Shown: positions 31,197 through 40,384, numbered from the stretch's first letter. The stretch is DNA of 64,000 nt from an uncultured Gammaproteobacteria bacterium (GCA_964399675.1 CAYNRK010000003.1:9033-73032), one strand, 5' to 3'. Translations and numbers: made by a program. The notes: generated by a model from the sequence alone, not told the origin.

Positions 31197-32834
31197 ATGA
31201 CTGACACTTCGTCACAACAGACCCAACAAGTTAGCGAGGAGGTTCGTGAGTATTTGTGGTCTGATGAAGTGTATAAAAGATATGCAGAGACTGCTTTGAA
31301 TCATGGGTTAACAAATGGTTTGCGTGGTGTTGGGTCTATTATGTTGCAGCTTGTTGAAGGAAAGTTGCAAATAAATGATTTGCCTGGAAAGTTGGTTGAG
31401 GTTTTAAAGGTTGATGCAGAAGCTGCAAAGCGAATAAGTCTTGAGCTTGCGCAAACAGTTCTCGTTCAAATCGCTGATAGCATTTCAGGGCTTGATGAAG
31501 TTGTTTTGGTCTGGGGGGGAGAATTGCCAGAGACTAAAGAAAAGCCGGAAAAATTTGTAGATAATTATTTGAAAGGTTTAATTGGTCTTTCAGATAAACA
31601 CATGCATGATCGGTTTGCGTCGTTTTTGGTGAAGCTTATTCGCAAGGAGCGCTCACATGATGAAACAGTCCAGATGATGATGCGGCCAATTAAAGTTGCG
31701 GGATTGGGCCTTGGACAAGTTGAGGCGGAAAAGTTGTTGGATCAGTTTGGGGAGAAAGTTAAGGGGGTTGAGTTTGAGGGGGAAGAGGTCCGAGAGGTAA
31801 AAGAGGTCCGAGAGGGAGAAGATGTTTTGACAGAGCCTGTTGTTGAGGCGTTTGGTGTAGAAGATGCGCGGGAAATTGAGGAAATAAAAAAGTCAGGACC
31901 GGATCTTTCACCTCCAGATAATTTTGAATCAGTGGAAGAAGTTGTTGATACTATCTGTGATCATGAAGTTTTTGATCTTTCAGATAATGTATTAAATAGT
32001 CGGTGTAAAAAAATTATTGATTCCAGAGTACGAGGAGTTAGAGATGCATTTGAAACAAGGAAAAAGTTAGAGCGGCCTACTGATAAAGGCGGGCTTGGGC
32101 TTTCCGGGAGAAAATTAGCAGATATGATGGAGTTTTTAGAAAAGAGTTTGCAAGTGTATCAGAAGAGTCATACAAAACATGTTGAAACAAAGAGAGCTGA
32201 GCATGGTGCAACTCAACAAGAACAAAAACAGCAAAAAGAACAACTCAAGAAAAAAGAAGAGCAAGTTTTGTCAAAGCGATATGCGTCCTTAACCGGCAAG
32301 GCTCCGACAGAGTCAGTAAAGCCGGCAGCCCCACCTCTTGGACGAGCAAGTGTTTCAGTTTCAGCTCAACAACAAATTAATCAGCAAGAAGAAAAAATCA
32401 ACACACAGCGAGTTAGGGGTGCGATTGAAAGTGCAAAAGCTAAGCAGCCTGCAAAGCCTCAGCCAAAAAAGGTTAAGCCAAACATGTCTGATGTTAAATT
32501 TGAGCGAAGGCTTTCAAGTCCCATTGATGAACTTCGTACCATGGATCTAAAAGATTTTAGACGTTTAGCTTCAGATGCTGCGCAAGCAGCTACAAAGATT
32601 AAGGACAAAGTACGTTTAATGGAAGATCAGGGTTATGAAAAAAAGATTGAAGCAATCAAAGCTTGGCGTGAGTCACCTGTGAATCAATTATATGTTAAGT
32701 ATTCGCGTGAGGCACTTCTTAATGGCAAAGCACTTGCAGATGTTTTAAAAAGCCATCAAGACGTTGGCAAGGACGCACTTACTGACAAAGAACTTAAAGC
32801 AATAATGAAGATTAATACGGACTTGCGTTTCTAG
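31197..32834 (+). CDS. Hypothetical protein in the T4SS-like cluster, with an internal repeat
   Basis: 545 aa; repeated RP...GLGL motif (MMRPIKVAGLGL / LERPTDKGGLGL). Confidence 0.7.
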   Translation: MTDTSSQQTQQVSEEVREYLWSDEVYKRYAETALNHGLTNGLRGVGSIMLQLVEGKLQINDLPGKLVEVLKVDAEAAKRISLELAQTVLVQIADSISGLDEVVLVWGGELPETKEKPEKFVDNYLKGLIGLSDKHMHDRFASFLVKLIRKERSHDETVQMMMRPIKVAGLGLGQVEAEKLLDQFGEKVKGVEFEGEEVREVKEVREGEDVLTEPVVEAFGVEDAREIEEIKKSGPDLSPPDNFESVEEVVDTICDHEVFDLSDNVLNSRCKKIIDSRVRGVRDAFETRKKLERPTDKGGLGLSGRKLADMMEFLEKSLQVYQKSHTKHVETKRAEHGATQQEQKQQKEQLKKKEEQVLSKRYASLTGKAPTESVKPAAPPLGRASVSVSAQQQINQQEEKINTQRVRGAIESAKAKQPAKPQPKKVKPNMSDVKFERRLSSPIDELRTMDLKDFRRLASDAAQAATKIKDKVRLMEDQGYEKKIEAIKAWRESPVNQLYVKYSREALLNGKALADVLKSHQDVGKDALTDKELKAIMKINTDLRF

Positions 32835-32838
32835 ATGT

Positions 32839-33273
32839 ATGCCAGAGCAGTTCACAATCCCACAATTTATTGAGTCAGAAGATAAAATTTTTGGGCCTGT
32901 AACAGCCAGGCAATTTATTATTGTCATGGTTGTTGGGCTTGTAGAGTTTATTTTGTTTAAGGCGATTTCTTTTGTCATATTCTTACTGATAGGTATTCCG
33001 TTTTTTGCTCTTGGAATGATTTTCGCATTTGCCAAAGTCAATGGTCAGCCTTTTCACTACTTTATGTTAAACTTAATTCAGACATTTAAAAAACCATCAC
33101 TGCGAGTTTGGGATAAGACCCTGACGGATTCTGAAATTAAATTTATTATAAAAAAGGTTGAGGAGATTCCACCTGAAGCGCCAAAACGAAAAACAAGATT
33201 AGGTAAATCAAGACTTCAAGAACTTACCCTTGTTGTGAATACAGGCGGTGTATATAAACCAGACGAGAACTAG
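32839..33273 (+). CDS. PrgI family (VirB3-like) protein
   Basis: QFTIPQFIESEDKIFGPVTARQF followed by two TMs. Confidence 0.85.
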   Translation: MPEQFTIPQFIESEDKIFGPVTARQFIIVMVVGLVEFILFKAISFVIFLLIGIPFFALGMIFAFAKVNGQPFHYFMLNLIQTFKKPSLRVWDKTLTDSEIKFIIKKVEEIPPEAPKRKTRLGKSRLQELTLVVNTGGVYKPDEN

Positions 33274-33274
33274 T

Positions 33275-33955
33275 ATGCAATCCAAAAAACTTGCAAAACC
33301 AAAACCAGGACCATCAACGCAGCGCTTTCTTGACATTGCTGAGATTCGAGACGACTTGGTTGTACTAAAAGACGGAACAGTTCGCGGTTTGCTTTTGGTT
33401 TCCAGTATTAACTTCGCACTCAAGTCTGTTGATGAACAAGAGGCAGTTATTCAGGCTTACATGATGTTTCTTAATGGTCTGGAATATCCGATTCAGATTG
33501 TGATTCAATCGCGTCGCATGAACATTGATCCATATATGCAACGGCTTGCAGAACAGCAACGGGCAACTGGGAATGATTTACTTCGTGCGCAAATTTCAGA
33601 TTACAGAAATTTTGTTCAGGAACTTGTTGAACTTGGACAGATAATGCAAAAGCGATTTTATATGGTTGTGCCTTATGATCCTGTTTCTGACAAGAAAAAG
33701 AATTTCTGGACGAGATTTTCCTCGGTTCTTTCACCAGCAGCTTCTTCAAAACTAAACAAAAAACAATTTGAAGAGCGGGCTGAACAACTGTCTCGTCGAA
33801 TTAATGTTGTTATTGGTCAACTCAATGGCATGGGGCTTGCGTCTGTTCGTATGGACACGCAAAGTCTTATTGAGCTTTATTATAATGCTTATAATCCAGA
33901 TCTTTTTGAAAGTGAGAAGCTGGCAGATCTGTCACAAATTCGTCACGAAGAATAA
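33275..33955 (+). CDS. T4SS-associated protein (VirB4 N-terminal-like)
   Basis: STQRFLDIAEIRDD, SINFALKS.DEQ, FLNGL.YPIQI; lies between prgI and virB4. Confidence 0.7.
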   Translation: MQSKKLAKPKPGPSTQRFLDIAEIRDDLVVLKDGTVRGLLLVSSINFALKSVDEQEAVIQAYMMFLNGLEYPIQIVIQSRRMNIDPYMQRLAEQQRATGNDLLRAQISDYRNFVQELVELGQIMQKRFYMVVPYDPVSDKKKNFWTRFSSVLSPAASSKLNKKQFEERAEQLSRRINVVIGQLNGMGLASVRMDTQSLIELYYNAYNPDLFESEKLADLSQIRHEE

Positions 33956-33958
33956 TCT

Positions 33959-36043
33959 ATGCCACTTGATATAGGACAAGTAAAAAAAGCCATGCCAGCA
34001 CCGGCTCCAAAGAAACCAGTTAAATTAAAGCCGGAAGAGGTAAAGGTTAAGCAAGAAAAGCTCGTTTTAGAAGAGGAGCGAATTTATCGTCGGGGTGTTG
34101 TAACTGTTAAAGATGTTATTGCTCCTGCGGCATTTCAAGTCAATCCAAGGCACCTTTTACTTTCAGGTGTTTATGTGCAAACGCTTTTCATTATTACTTA
34201 CCCGCGTCACATTGGTATTGGTTGGGCAACGCCGCTTATTAATTTGAATAAAACTTTTGATGTTGCAATGTTTTTTTATCCACTCAAAGCAAACATTGTA
34301 CTCAAACAGCTTCAGAAAAAAGTTGGTGTGTTTGAGGCAAAGGTTCTGGGTGATGCTGAAAAAGGTGCGCCGCGTGATCCAATTGCTGAGACTGCATTAC
34401 GTGACATTGAGGCGCTTCGCGATGCACTTACGCAAGGGATTGAACATTTTTTCCAATTTGCTTTTTACATTACAATTTACGCAAAGAGTCAGGACGAACT
34501 TGATAAATATGCACAAGAAGTTGAAGCGCTGTTTGGGAGCAAGTTGATTTATACAAAGACTGGTTTTTATCAAACCGAACAAGGATTTAATTCCACAATC
34601 CCGCTTGGTAATGATGAGATCATGATTACCTATAACATGAACACATCGCCAATAGCAGCATCCTTCCCGTTTGTGAGTTCTGATGTTTCTTCTGATGATG
34701 GAATTTTGTATGGGATTAATAGACACAACAACTCGCTTATCTTGTTTGATCGGTTTAGTTTGCAAAACGCTAACTCGGTTGTGTTTGCTACTTCTGGTGC
34801 TGGAAAGTCCTATGCTATTAAACTTGAGATTTTGCGAAGCTTGATGATGGGAACAGATGTGATTGTGATTGATCCTGAAATGGAATATAAAGATTTGTCT
34901 GACGCAACCGGAGGAACATATATTAATGTGTCACTTGCTTCGGATGCAAAAGTTAATCCGTTTGATTTGCCGCGCGCGGTTGGAGAGGGTACAAAAGTTG
35001 AAGATATAATTAGAAGCGCTGTTATTACTCTTAAGGGTCTTTTGCGTATTATGATCGGAAAGCCGCAAGGGGCTTCCGGCACTCTTGGTTTCACACCAGA
35101 GGAAGATTCCATGCTTGACCAAGCGCTTATTGAGACATTTGCGAAAAAAGACATCACACCTGATATTACGGATTTATCCAATGTAGAAGCTCCGATTTTT
35201 TCTGATTTTCAAGATGTGCTTGAAGGTATGGAAGGGGCTGATGATTTAGTAGCACGGTTGCGCAAATATACTGAAGGTACATTTTCCGGACTTCTTAATT
35301 CTCCAACAACTGTTGAGATGGATAATCAGCTTGTAGTCTTTTCTGTGCGAGATTTAGAAGATGAGCTTAGGCCTGTTGGAATTTATTCCATTGTTAATTA
35401 TATTTGGAATGTTGTGCGTTCTGTGCGAAAGAAGCGAATCATGGTTATTGATGAGGCTTGGTGGCTGATGCAACAGGAAGATTCTGCTAAGTTTATTTTT
35501 GCACTTGTAAAGCGTTGTAGAAAATACTTCATGGGAGTCACAACAATCACGCAAGATGTTAATGACTTTTTGCGCTCGCCTTATGGTCAGGCGATTGTAA
35601 CAAACTCCTCGCTCCAAATTTTGCTTAAGCAATCTACGTCCGCGATTGATCTCGTTCAAAAGACGTTTAATTTAACGGATGGAGAAAAGTATTTACTTTT
35701 GGAATCAGGTATTGGAGAAGGAATTTTCTTTGCCGGACAAAAGCACGCGGCAATTAAAATTATTGCTTCTTATACTGAAGATCAAATTGTTACAACAAAT
35801 CCGGCACAGCTTTTGGAGATTGAAGAGGCAAAGAAAGAGTTTGAGGCGCAGCTTGAAGAGAAGGGTGGAGGAGAGGTAGCCCCAGGCTTTAGCCTGGGCG
35901 AAGATGTCGAAGGGGAGGAAAAGATTACAGTTAATGAAGCTCAAAAAGAAGCGCAAGCACAAGACGCTGCTTCAGCACTTTTGTCACAAGAAGATGCCGG
36001 CAAAGCCGAAGCAGATAAAATTCGCGATTCACTTACCATATGA
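33959..36043 (+). CDS. virB4: VirB4/TraE-family conjugation-type ATPase
   Basis: Walker A ATSGAGKS, IDPEMEY, Walker B MVIDEAW, KRCRKY...ITQ. Confidence 0.9.
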   Translation: MPLDIGQVKKAMPAPAPKKPVKLKPEEVKVKQEKLVLEEERIYRRGVVTVKDVIAPAAFQVNPRHLLLSGVYVQTLFIITYPRHIGIGWATPLINLNKTFDVAMFFYPLKANIVLKQLQKKVGVFEAKVLGDAEKGAPRDPIAETALRDIEALRDALTQGIEHFFQFAFYITIYAKSQDELDKYAQEVEALFGSKLIYTKTGFYQTEQGFNSTIPLGNDEIMITYNMNTSPIAASFPFVSSDVSSDDGILYGINRHNNSLILFDRFSLQNANSVVFATSGAGKSYAIKLEILRSLMMGTDVIVIDPEMEYKDLSDATGGTYINVSLASDAKVNPFDLPRAVGEGTKVEDIIRSAVITLKGLLRIMIGKPQGASGTLGFTPEEDSMLDQALIETFAKKDITPDITDLSNVEAPIFSDFQDVLEGMEGADDLVARLRKYTEGTFSGLLNSPTTVEMDNQLVVFSVRDLEDELRPVGIYSIVNYIWNVVRSVRKKRIMVIDEAWWLMQQEDSAKFIFALVKRCRKYFMGVTTITQDVNDFLRSPYGQAIVTNSSLQILLKQSTSAIDLVQKTFNLTDGEKYLLLESGIGEGIFFAGQKHAAIKIIASYTEDQIVTTNPAQLLEIEEAKKEFEAQLEEKGGGEVAPGFSLGEDVEGEEKITVNEAQKEAQAQDAASALLSQEDAGKAEADKIRDSLTI

Positions 36044-36633
36044 TTACACCTGAAAAACGACGAACTATTATAGTATTGATCATTGTTTTGCTCTTTTTAA
36101 TTTTCTTTTTTACTGGTTTTTTTCTTTTAACAAGATCAACAGACTCTCCTGCGTCGTTGCGAGGAGCCGAAGGCGACGAAGCAATCTCCGTAACTGAAGA
36201 ACAAATGCTTGAATCAGAAAAAAATAATCAAGAGACCCGATTAGAGCAAGAACAAGCAGAACGCAATGAAACAAGTAATGTTACTTCACTATCCAAAACT
36301 TTTGTTGAGCGTTATGGAAGTTATTCAACAGAAGCGAATTTCCAAAATCTTAGAGATGTTTTACCACTCATGACTTCTTCGTTTGCTGCAAGAACCGAGC
36401 AATTTATTTCAACTGCTAAAACACCTTCTGAATATTATGGAGTGAGCACTGATGTGATTACAGTTAATGTTGAGGTGATGGAAGAGGATGAATCCGCCAT
36501 AGTTCTTATAACAACACAAAGAGAAGAGGCAAAAGGATTGCCCGGTAATGTATCAATAAAATATCAGGATGTTCGTGTGGAATATTTATTTGAATCTGGT
36601 TCATGGAAAGTCAACTCAGCCGATTGGTTGTAG
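36040..36633 (+). CDS. Bitopic membrane protein, possibly VirB8/TcpC-like NTF2 fold
   Basis: One TM; FVERYGSYS; C-terminal WKV; overlaps the virB4 stop codon. Confidence 0.6.
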   Translation: MITPEKRRTIIVLIIVLLFLIFFFTGFFLLTRSTDSPASLRGAEGDEAISVTEEQMLESEKNNQETRLEQEQAERNETSNVTSLSKTFVERYGSYSTEANFQNLRDVLPLMTSSFAARTEQFISTAKTPSEYYGVSTDVITVNVEVMEEDESAIVLITTQREEAKGLPGNVSIKYQDVRVEYLFESGSWKVNSADWL

Positions 36634-37292
36634 AAAGCGTTTTCCCGCGTTTTTGCGTTGGGTGCCGGAGGGAAGGGTCGCTGTGGTGTGAGATTTGCGA
36701 TGAACTTCAGGTTCAATTTTTTTTATCTCCATCATGTCCGTTTTGTTCACGCAAAGGTTCTAATAGAACTTGTCAGGATTGTAAGTCCTACACATATCTC
36801 GATGGACTAACAGCAATGGGGCCGTACGCGAATACAAAAATTAAAGAAGCAATTAAATTGTGGAAGTATTATCAGGACAGATTTATTGAACCAATAATTT
36901 TTAAGTGGCTGCAACAGGAGCTGTCAAGAATGAATCTTCCAATCATGCCGTTTTATGCAACGCACGTTCCACTGCATTTTAAAAAAGAACGAGAGCGTGG
37001 CTTTGATCAGGCAAGGTGTGTTGCTGAGTGGACTGAAAAGCTGTTTGGGATTTTTGTTGAAGATTTGCTTGTAAGGCAGGTTCGTACAGTCTCACAAGCC
37101 AGACAGGAAACAAGAAAGATAGGGGAGTTGGATCACATTTTTGAAATCCATCCGGATGTAGTTGAGGTTCCAGAAAATATCTTGTTATGTGATGATGTGT
37201 TTACATCCGGTGCTACAATGGACGCAGCTGCCAGGCGTCTCAAGGAGTCTGGGGCTAAAATGGTTTGGGGGTTTGTGGTTGCAAGGAAATAA
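36603..37292 (+). CDS. comF: ComF family protein (Zn ribbons plus PRTase domain)
   Basis: CxxC pairs, VPLH..ERGFDQ, LLCDDVFTSGAT. Confidence 0.9.
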   Translation: MESQLSRLVVESVFPRFCVGCRREGSLWCEICDELQVQFFLSPSCPFCSRKGSNRTCQDCKSYTYLDGLTAMGPYANTKIKEAIKLWKYYQDRFIEPIIFKWLQQELSRMNLPIMPFYATHVPLHFKKERERGFDQARCVAEWTEKLFGIFVEDLLVRQVRTVSQARQETRKIGELDHIFEIHPDVVEVPENILLCDDVFTSGATMDAAARRLKESGAKMVWGFVVARK

Positions 37293-37314
37293 GTTTAATT
37301 CTCCAAAAATAACT

Positions 37315-38154
37315 ATGTCTAAAAAAGGCAACTCAATTATACTTTTTCATGAAAAACAAGTTCGTCGTTATTGGGATGAGGAAGATGAACTTTGGTATTT
37401 TTCGATTGTGGATGTTCTTGAAGTTTTAACAGGAAATACAAGACCGAGAAAATATTGGAATGATTTAAAAAAGAAGCTGTTGCTTGAGGGCAGTCAGTTG
37501 TCCGAAAAAATCGGACAACTGAAAATGCAGTCATCTGATGGAAAATTTTATAAAACTGATGTTTTGGATACGGAAAATTTATTGAGACTTATTCAATCGG
37601 TGCCGTCTCCAAAAGCAGAGCCATTGAAACTTTGGCTTGCCCAAGTTGGTTACGAGCGAATTGAAGAAACCGAAGATCCTGAACTTGCTTTTGACCGAGC
37701 AATGCAAACCTATTTGCAAAAAGGCTATTCCAAAGACTGGATAAATCAAAGACTTAAAACAATCGAAGTTCGCAAAGAACTCACAGATGAGTGGAAAGAA
37801 CGAGGAGTTAAAGAAGGTTTAGAATTTGCTATTTTGACGGATGAAATTACCAAAGCTTGGTCTGGAAAGTCTGTAAAACAGTACAAAAAGTTTAAAGATC
37901 TTAAAAAGCAAAACTTGAGAGACAACATGACCAATCTTGAACTTATTTTGAACATGCTTGCCGAAGCGACAACGACCGAAATTTCAAAAGAAAAAGAGCC
38001 AAAGACTTTATTGGAAAGCAAGGGAATTGCAAGAGAGGGAGGAGAGACAGCAGGAAAAGCAAGAAAAGATATTGAAAAGAAAATAGGGAAAAATGTTATT
38101 TCTTCCAAAAGCGTAAAAGAGTTAAAAAATTCAAAACAAGATCTACTTCAGTAA
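37315..38154 (+). CDS. Bro-N domain / phage antirepressor-like DNA-binding protein
   Basis: VRRYWDE..WYFSIVDV, YWNDLKKKL, RLIQSVPSPKAEP.K.WLA, NLRDNM. Confidence 0.85.
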   Translation: MSKKGNSIILFHEKQVRRYWDEEDELWYFSIVDVLEVLTGNTRPRKYWNDLKKKLLLEGSQLSEKIGQLKMQSSDGKFYKTDVLDTENLLRLIQSVPSPKAEPLKLWLAQVGYERIEETEDPELAFDRAMQTYLQKGYSKDWINQRLKTIEVRKELTDEWKERGVKEGLEFAILTDEITKAWSGKSVKQYKKFKDLKKQNLRDNMTNLELILNMLAEATTTEISKEKEPKTLLESKGIAREGGETAGKARKDIEKKIGKNVISSKSVKELKNSKQDLLQ

Positions 38155-38258
38155 TTTTAGAAGTTTGGGGATTTGCAGTTGCAAAGGGTTCGTGATTCAG
38201 TTATTGTAATTTTATTAAGAGATTTTAATCACTTTTGATTCATAGTATTTATTTTCAT

Positions 38259-39155
38259 ATGCCTGAACCACGATCAATGTTACCTGCAATCGAACCAGAG
38301 CCACGATCGCAAACAGACCTGGAAATAGGGCGAGATTTAGCTTCTTATAAACTTCTTTTTCAAGAAGCAGGGTTAGATCCCGATACTATTGATACTCGGC
38401 TGTTGGAACGCTTTGCATTACTTGATGAGAAAACCCCGGTTCTTGATGATGAGCGTTTGATGATGCAATACGCAGATAAGGTTTTTGATTATTGCGACAG
38501 AGTTGACTCAGAAAATGCTATGGATGTGTATGGTCGTCGTGTTGTTAGGCTTGGAACCCTGCTTGCAGATATTGGAAAAACAGGGCCATTAGATGCAACA
38601 CCGGAACAGCAAACGCTTGTTACTGAAATGTATGCTATTGATGAACCGTTTGACGGAAATAAATCAGTTACAGAATATTTAGAAACTTTTTTTCCTAATG
38701 AATATCAAGCAAGGATGGAAACATTTAAAACCCTTAAACTAGATCCAGACATGACCATGCGCGATTTTTGGAACATGCATGCTAAATGGAGTTTTGATCT
38801 TGTTTCAATGGGTAAGGCGCCTGATGAGATTGCTTATACAGCAGCAATTCATCATTTGCTTGAAGGGGTTGATCCGGTTGGTATCGATAAAAATGGAGAA
38901 TTTATTGGTTTACAAAAACCACGGCCGATTGATCAAAGAGAAATTTTTGTGATCTTGCTTGATAAGTATGATGCACGCAGACGCAGAGGTGGGGTTGATC
39001 ACGCAACCGCAATCGCGTATCTATATGATCGTGTGACAAATAACAATGTACTCGACAGTCTTCCTCAGCGAGTACGAGCACAGTTTATGAGTTGTATCGA
39101 CGATCTGGCTGAAGCACTTAAGTCAACAGAAGGGCAAGTTGAAGTGCCTCAATAA
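38259..39155 (+). CDS. HD-domain-like hypothetical protein with degenerate HD motif
   Basis: LLADIGK (HD changed to AD), later H, HH and DKYDA residues in HD-GYP-like order. Confidence 0.55.
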   Translation: MPEPRSMLPAIEPEPRSQTDLEIGRDLASYKLLFQEAGLDPDTIDTRLLERFALLDEKTPVLDDERLMMQYADKVFDYCDRVDSENAMDVYGRRVVRLGTLLADIGKTGPLDATPEQQTLVTEMYAIDEPFDGNKSVTEYLETFFPNEYQARMETFKTLKLDPDMTMRDFWNMHAKWSFDLVSMGKAPDEIAYTAAIHHLLEGVDPVGIDKNGEFIGLQKPRPIDQREIFVILLDKYDARRRRGGVDHATAIAYLYDRVTNNNVLDSLPQRVRAQFMSCIDDLAEALKSTEGQVEVPQ

Positions 39156-39157
39156 AT

Positions 39158-39195
39158 CATAAAAACACCAGACTAATAAGTCTGGTGTTTTTATG
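39158..39195. terminator. Bidirectional terminator hairpin
   Basis: CATAAAAACACCAGACT-AATA-AGTCTGGTGTTTTTATG. Confidence 0.75.
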
Positions 39196-39258
39196 GCGGA
39201 GGGGGGCAAGGAAAGGGTCTTGATTTTTTAATCAATCCAGAGTATTCTATCCGCACCT

Positions 39259-39352
39259 GGAGAGGTACCCAAGCGGCTCAAGGGGACGGTTTGCTAAACC
39301 GTTAGATCGGATTATATCCGGTGCGAGGGTTCGAATCCCTCCCTCTCCGCCA
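39259..39352 (+). tRNA. tRNA-Ser(GCT)
   Basis: GGAGAGG/CCTCTCC acceptor stem, ACGGT-TTGCTAA-ACCGT anticodon arm, long variable arm, TTCGAAT, encoded CCA. Confidence 0.96.
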
Positions 39353-39474
39353 CCCTACGCTTCAACAGTATTATTTATTGTTGAAGCGTAGGGTGTCACC
39401 CGAAGCCTTGGCGAAGGGTGGCCTGAGTGCAGACTAAGTGTTGAAGCTTCGGGTGGCCTTTGGCCATTAAGTAT

Positions 39475-39711
39475 ATGTATTACGTATATCTTCTACGACT
39501 TGCAGATGGTAGTTATTACACAGGAAGCACTCCGGATCTCAAAAAACGTCTAGTAGAGCACGATGGTGGGAAAGCAATATCGACTTCGAATTTGAGGCCG
39601 ATAAAGCTCGTCTGGTATTGTGCGTTTCCAACCCGGATTCAGGCTAGAAGATTTGAGTCGTATCTTAAGACTGGATCTGGGCAGGCGTTTCGAAACAAAA
39701 GAATAGTTTAA
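39475..39711 (+). CDS. Stand-alone GIY-YIG nuclease
   Basis: YYVYLL...YYTGST.DL.KRL.EH...E.YLKTGSG. Confidence 0.9.
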   Translation: MYYVYLLRLADGSYYTGSTPDLKKRLVEHDGGKAISTSNLRPIKLVWYCAFPTRIQARRFESYLKTGSGQAFRNKRIV

Positions 39712-39714
39712 TAC

Positions 39715-39803
39715 GGAGAGGTGGCCGAGTGGTCGATGGCGCTGGTCTTGAAAACCAGTAGGGTTAATAGCTCTCGTGGGTTCGAATCCCACCCTCTCCG
39801 CCA
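39715..39803 (+). tRNA. tRNA-Ser(TGA)
   Basis: GGAGAGG acceptor, CTGGT-CTTGAAA-ACCAG, long variable arm, TTCGAAT, CCA. Confidence 0.96.
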
Positions 39804-39874
39804 GTATGAAAAATAAAAGAAACCTCTGGGTTTCTTTTTGAATTACTCTTGTTTTGATGATAAACTATGTGCGT

Positions 39875-40378
39875 ATGCCTGAGAATCCACAAAAGCAAAA
39901 GATTGATATTGGTGCGCCGCTTCTTGCATGGGAAGTGGACGAATATCCAAAATATATTAGGTCTAGATCGTGGTACATTATCATGGTAGTTTTTGGTGCT
40001 GCGCTTATTATCTATTCAATTGCTACTGCTAATTTTTTGTTTGCGATTATTGTGCTCATGACAGGGGTTATCATGCTTCTTTCAACGTTTAAAAATCCAG
40101 GTCGGGTTAGTATTCTTATTACAACAACAGGTCTTGTTGTAAGTGATATGTATTATGATTTTGAGGCGATTTCGGATTTTTCAATTGTTTACGAACCACC
40201 AGAGATAAAGAATCTTTACTTTGATTTTGTTTCGCCATGGCAACCAATTTTATCTATTCCGCTTGAAGAAATGAACCCAAATGATGTGCGCGAGTATTTA
40301 CTTCCGTTTTGTGCTGAAAACTTGGAGCGCACAGAAGAGGAGTTGACAGACATGGTTCGCAGGTTGTATAAGTTGTAA
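39875..40378 (+). CDS. Hypothetical membrane protein (DUF5673-like)
   Basis: W...EY....RS..WY followed by two TMs and a PH-like soluble part. Confidence 0.6.
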   Translation: MPENPQKQKIDIGAPLLAWEVDEYPKYIRSRSWYIIMVVFGAALIIYSIATANFLFAIIVLMTGVIMLLSTFKNPGRVSILITTTGLVVSDMYYDFEAISDFSIVYEPPEIKNLYFDFVSPWQPILSIPLEEMNPNDVREYLLPFCAENLERTEEELTDMVRRLYKL

Positions 40379-40384
40379 ACCTAG

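Noticed and set aside
28230-37292. Integrative conjugative element
   Set aside because: No integrase, relaxase or att pair; composition matches core genes
37315-39155. Prophage
   Set aside because: Only a Bro-N gene; no structural, terminase or integrase genes
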